From Sedimentisphaerales bacterium (GTDB lineage: Bacteria > Planctomycetota > Phycisphaerae > Sedimentisphaerales > SM23-30), in NCBI GenBank assembly GCA_963663965.2, contig CAXXFK010000011.1:160001-224000 (forward strand): DNA of 64,000 bases, given 5' to 3'. The position numbers and the translations under genes are program-made. The notes under the pieces were generated by a model. The model did no database searches. It had not been told where the DNA came from and saw nothing but the letters and a program-made list of their open reading frames with translations. Positions 60,738 to 64,000 of the stretch are shown piece after piece (position 1 is the stretch's first letter; the number at the start of each line of letters is the position of its first letter).

Positions 60738-60768
60738 GAAAACAGTTAATTGACAACAGAATAATTGC

Positions 60769-60923
60769 ATTCAGGCGGCCGCAAGGCCCTAACAGGGAAG
60801 ACGGTTAGATTCCGTCACGGACGCGCCGCTGTATTCGGGGACGAAAGCCAGTCCCAGCCACTGTCGAAAGATGGGAAGGCCTGGCAAGTAGGATGAACCG
60901 TAAGTCAGAAGACCTGCCTGAAT
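60769..60923 (+). ncRNA. Cobalamin riboswitch
   Basis: AACAGGGAAGACGGTTAGATTCCGTCACGG..CCGCTGTA, GCCACTG..GGGAAGGC, B12 box AAGTCAGAAGACCTGCC; closing stem ATTCAGGC/GCCTGAAT. Confidence 0.95.
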
Positions 60924-61018
60924 CATGACTCCGTACCCTAACAGGTTCCATGGCTTCGCGCAACAAGTCAGGCAGGTCAACCGTCTATTCTATCATTTCA
61001 GAATAGTCCGAATGTATC

Positions 61019-61052
61019 AGCCTCATGCTTCCCGAAGCATGAGGCTTTTTTT
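61019..61052 (+). terminator. Intrinsic terminator in the riboswitch leader
   Basis: AGCCTCATGCTT cccg AAGCATGAGGCT TTTTTT. Confidence 0.85.
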
Positions 61053-61054
61053 AT

Positions 61055-61077
61055 GTAGCATGGGCTTCCAGCCCATG
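61055..61077 (+). repeat. GTAG REP, exact copy of 17176-17198
   Basis: GTAGCATGGGCTTCCAGCCCATG. Confidence 0.9.
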
Positions 61078-61367
61078 AAAATATTTCCTGCCAGAGTGGA
61101 CAACACCCACATTGCCCTGGCCCCTAATAAACAGGCTCACCTGTTACTGCTTCCGTAATTACCACAAGTCAGACCGAAAGCTTGTGTTCAGGCAATAGTT
61201 AATTTGCCTCTTAACTGGCCCGAAGGGCCGATTTCGATTAGCCTGCGGCCCTTCGGCCTTTTTATAATTTTGCTATACCCGACGAGGTATCTCAAGGCCT
61301 TCAAACCCTTGAGATCTCCTGGAGCATCTGTTCTGTACCAATGTAAACTTCTAACAAAGGACCCGAC

Positions 61368-62006
61368 ATGAAAAGAACGATCATCGCATTAATCGGTTTA
61401 TTGTGTACCTTCTCTCAGGCCTCACTGCTCTCCTCGGATATCGAAATCTGGACCGGAACCGGCGCCAACCAGTCGATCCTGGTCATCGACTGGAATTCCG
61501 GCCCCACCCCTCAGTCACTGGCCTGGGGTTTCCGCTGGGAAGGTTCCGCCACCGCGGAAGAGGCGTTACGAACCGTTGTCACAGCAGACCCTCGTCTGGA
61601 TTGGCAAGTCGGTACTGCTTCTGATTTCGGCCTGCCCCTCTACGGCCTGAGCTACGATCTCAACAACAACGGTATCATCGGCTCCGGCAATGATGAAAGC
61701 ATGATCCCCACCGATCCCGGCGACCTGCATGCCAACGGCTGGCTGACCGCCGGCTTCTGGGCCCTCTACCTGGGCGGCCGGTCCGACCTGCCCAACTGGC
61801 AATCAGCCACCACCGGTATCTCCGGTTACAATTTAGTTGCCGGCGACTGGATCGGGCTCAGTTTCGGCCCCGCCCCCACCTGGGACGGCGGCGCCCCCGA
61901 CGAACCCATCCCCGCCACGGTACCCGAGCCCATCTCCCTCACCCTGCTCCTCACCGGTACCGGCGGCCTCCTGACCAGACGGTCCAATCCAACCAGAATC
62001 AACTGA
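61368..62006 (+). CDS. PEP-CTERM surface protein downstream of the cobalamin riboswitch
   Basis: Signal peptide; DIEIWTGTGANQSILVIDWN..SLAWGFRW..ADPRL domain; VPEP-hydrophobic-RR tail; AAAGGA RBS. Confidence 0.9.
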   Translation: MKRTIIALIGLLCTFSQASLLSSDIEIWTGTGANQSILVIDWNSGPTPQSLAWGFRWEGSATAEEALRTVVTADPRLDWQVGTASDFGLPLYGLSYDLNNNGIIGSGNDESMIPTDPGDLHANGWLTAGFWALYLGGRSDLPNWQSATTGISGYNLVAGDWIGLSFGPAPTWDGGAPDEPIPATVPEPISLTLLLTGTGGLLTRRSNPTRIN

Positions 62007-62023
62007 TCCACGATATCCTACCC

Positions 62024-62114
62024 GTACGGGCGGTTCGTGAACCGCCCTGTACGCTCTTAATTACTCAATCATCTCGCCCTTGCCCACATAGAAACGCAAT
62101 GCCCTTGCGTCTCT
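62024..62114 (+). repeat. Two degenerate REP-like hairpins
   Basis: GTACGGGCGGTTCgtGAACCGCCCTGTAC and ATAGAAACGCAAtgcccTTGCGTCTCT. Confidence 0.7.
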
Positions 62115-62177
62115 TATCTCAATGCTCCGTCCACCCAGATTATGGCACAATTGCCGATGACGAGCCGGTTGGCGCAT

Positions 62178-62204
62178 AAAAAAACCGCCCTCAAAGGAGC
62201 GGTT
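62178..62204 (-). terminator. Terminator of the VPAPGA protein gene
   Basis: AAAAAAA-CCGCCCT caa AGGAGCGGTT. Confidence 0.6.
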
Positions 62205-62235
62205 GCATTATTAGCCAATTCTATTGTGCGTAAAC

Positions 62236-62844
62236 TTATTTCCGGCGACGCAGCCAGCCAACCAGGCCGGTGCCCAGCGACGACAGAATCAAAGCGCCCG
62301 GTGCCGGTACGGCATTGGTAACAGTAATATTATCGAAATAAGCATTACCGGCGATCGGATCTTTACCGTAGTTATTGAAATCCTCGATCATAATACGGAA
62401 ATCCTGGGCAGGATCTATGACAATCGAATAATGATGCCAGATGCCGTCATCAGCCAACGGCTCGGTAAGTCCAAAGCTGCCGTTATAGGGCAGGTCTGAG
62501 GCGATCCACATATTGCTGCTTCCATCGGTATAGGAGATGCCCACGAAACCGCCGCCGTTGCTATCCAATCCGGGTATTCCCAGGTAATCGAACGACAGGA
62601 TAATCGGGCCTTTCTCATGGCTGATCAATTCACTGGTAAAGACATCGCCGCCCGCGGCATTACTGCCGAAATTAAGAACATGATTACCGCTAACCAGAGG
62701 ATCGTTGACAATCTGACCCGTATGAGCGCCGCCGTTTTTACCGGTCCACTGAGACAAACCGTTCTCAAAATTATCTGAAAAAGTCACATTCCCGAACGCG
62801 ACCGGCGCGACAAGCAGCGCAATAATCACTATTTTCTTCAACAT
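62236..62844 (-). CDS. PEP-CTERM-like (VPAPGA) surface protein with a beta-sandwich-like domain
   Basis: Signal peptide; FSDNFE...YFDNITV; tail VPAPGALILSSLGTGLVGWLRRRK. Confidence 0.88.
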   Translation of the reverse strand: MLKKIVIIALLVAPVAFGNVTFSDNFENGLSQWTGKNGGAHTGQIVNDPLVSGNHVLNFGSNAAGGDVFTSELISHEKGPIILSFDYLGIPGLDSNGGGFVGISYTDGSSNMWIASDLPYNGSFGLTEPLADDGIWHHYSIVIDPAQDFRIMIEDFNNYGKDPIAGNAYFDNITVTNAVPAPGALILSSLGTGLVGWLRRRK

Positions 62845-63298
62845 TTCTGAATTCCTTTGCTAAAAATAATTTCGAAGGAAACACTCCTCCTGCTACTACA
62901 CTCTGCTATTATACCCTGCCGGCGCCTTTCTTGATCAATAATTTCTGATATTTCTGACTTTCAGCCTGGCAAGTTAGTAAAACTTTAACGGTTATGTAAA
63001 ATATCACATGAAAGCGCTGCTTTTATTTTAAAATGAAATTCATGGCACACCCACTATTTTTCATGGCTAACCCAGCGGTGATGTTTTTTATCAAATCTCA
63101 AATTCCTTTCCCTCCATATCCCGCGTATCCTGTCTATGTTTAACATCCCATACTGTATGCGACATATTAGCCACCCATGTACCGCACTTTTACTCCAGCT
63201 TCCACTTCACTTTTATTCCGCCGTTTACACCGGGGAAAGAATCGAAACCGAAACCAGGCTTAGACAGTATTTCCCTTACAAAAGTCGCCGCTCCCGGC

Positions 63299-64000
63299 TT
63301 ACTCTATTTGCTTCCAGGGACTTTGACTCGGTGATGTATGTCCGCCTTTCGGCAATGGCCGGCCCGGCGTTGCCCCGGTGATGGCATCGGCCGGAATGGC
63401 CTTTTTATAATCAATAATTGCACGGCTTAACTGGCTGGGTTTCACCTTAATCGACTTCACCAGCAGTTCCGGCATATTATACACCCGGGTCATCGAATCG
63501 TAACAACAGGGATCCTGTTGCGGTAAAACAAAAGCCTTGTGCGCTTCACCACTGGAATCGATATAGCTCAAAAATAGCCGGGCAAATCTGCCATCCAGCC
63601 GTTTGCTGGTAAAAGCCAGCCACCGGTTGTCACTCGACCAGGAATGCCAGGTATCGCAGTGATGACTACTGATGGATAATTTGCGAAACTGCCCGGTTTC
63701 GATCTCCAACAGGAATAAATCGCTCCGGGCCTGGTGAATGGGAAAATCACTGTACGGAGAAAGGTTAAAAATACAAAAACGTCCATCCGGGGAAAATCGC
63801 GGTTGCGTAATGCTGCCCTGGACCTGTTGGGCCGTCAGCACGGTTTCCAGTTGCCCCCATTCACCGCTGTCGGAGTCAAAACTGATCCGCATCAGATCGC
63901 ATTGCACCTGCGCGTGCTGGTCGGCCGGCAGTTGTGGAGCGCTGCAAAAATACAAATAACGCCCATCCACCGACCATTCGGGAAACGTTTCCAGGCGGTC
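63299..64000 (-). CDS. TolB-like/PD40 beta-propeller protein, 5' part outside the window
   Basis: ETFPEWSVDGRYLYF, PRFSPDGRF, HSWSSDNRWLAFTSKR.DG, KAFVLPQQDP, YNMPE. Confidence 0.85.
   Translation of the reverse strand, partial: DRLETFPEWSVDGRYLYFCSAPQLPADQHAQVQCDLMRISFDSDSGEWGQLETVLTAQQVQGSITQPRFSPDGRFCIFNLSPYSDFPIHQARSDLFLLEIETGQFRKLSISSHHCDTWHSWSSDNRWLAFTSKRLDGRFARLFLSYIDSSGEAHKAFVLPQQDPCCYDSMTRVYNMPELLVKSIKVKPSQLSRAIIDYKKAIPADAITGATPGRPLPKGGHTSPSQSPWKQIE

Noticed and set aside
60789..61158. ORFs 60789-60980 and 60925-61158
   Set aside because: They overlap the riboswitch, terminator and REP.
1..64000. CRISPR array, cas genes, integrase, intact transposase, reverse transcriptase or prophage
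   Set aside because: No regularly spaced repeat-spacer pattern and no ORF with such motifs was seen.

Overview
Bacterial chromosomal window, most likely from a Planctomycetota member of the Phycisphaerae/Sedimentisphaerales type. This is inferred from LExRxLL leader motifs, a C-terminal dockerin-like tail, and PEP-CTERM and VPAPGA..GWLRRR tails; no database search was run. 1-18.5 kb is accessory and partly decaying: an alpha/beta hydrolase, a lipoprotein subclass-B1 metallo-beta-lactamase, a GH92 mannosidase, a frameshifted TetR, a two-gene unit made of a secreted 4x Cys/His-repeat protein and a small Cys-rich DUF483-like protein, an MCP, pseudogenes, a hypothetical-CBS/HisKA_2 kinase-receiver operon, a REP cluster with a probable RAYT transposase remnant, and an STGPKT-motif protein. 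18.7-49.3 kb holds a HEAT-repeat protein and two giant acidic exported proteins (4312 aa with a C-terminal metzincin motif; 3205 aa with Ig-like domains) that flank ftsK, tRNA-Ser(CGA) and tRNA-Arg(CCG). 49.8-60.5 kb is housekeeping (gcvT-H-PA-PB-lpdA, an Smr-less MutS2, pfkA, lysA). 60.7-64 kb holds a cobalamin riboswitch ahead of a PEP-CTERM protein, a second PEP-CTERM-type protein and a TolB-like propeller. The best candidates for undescribed biology are the Cys/His metal-repeat protein with its DUF483-like partner, the pair of giant proteins sharing a module and a leader motif, and the B12-regulated PEP-CTERM protein.
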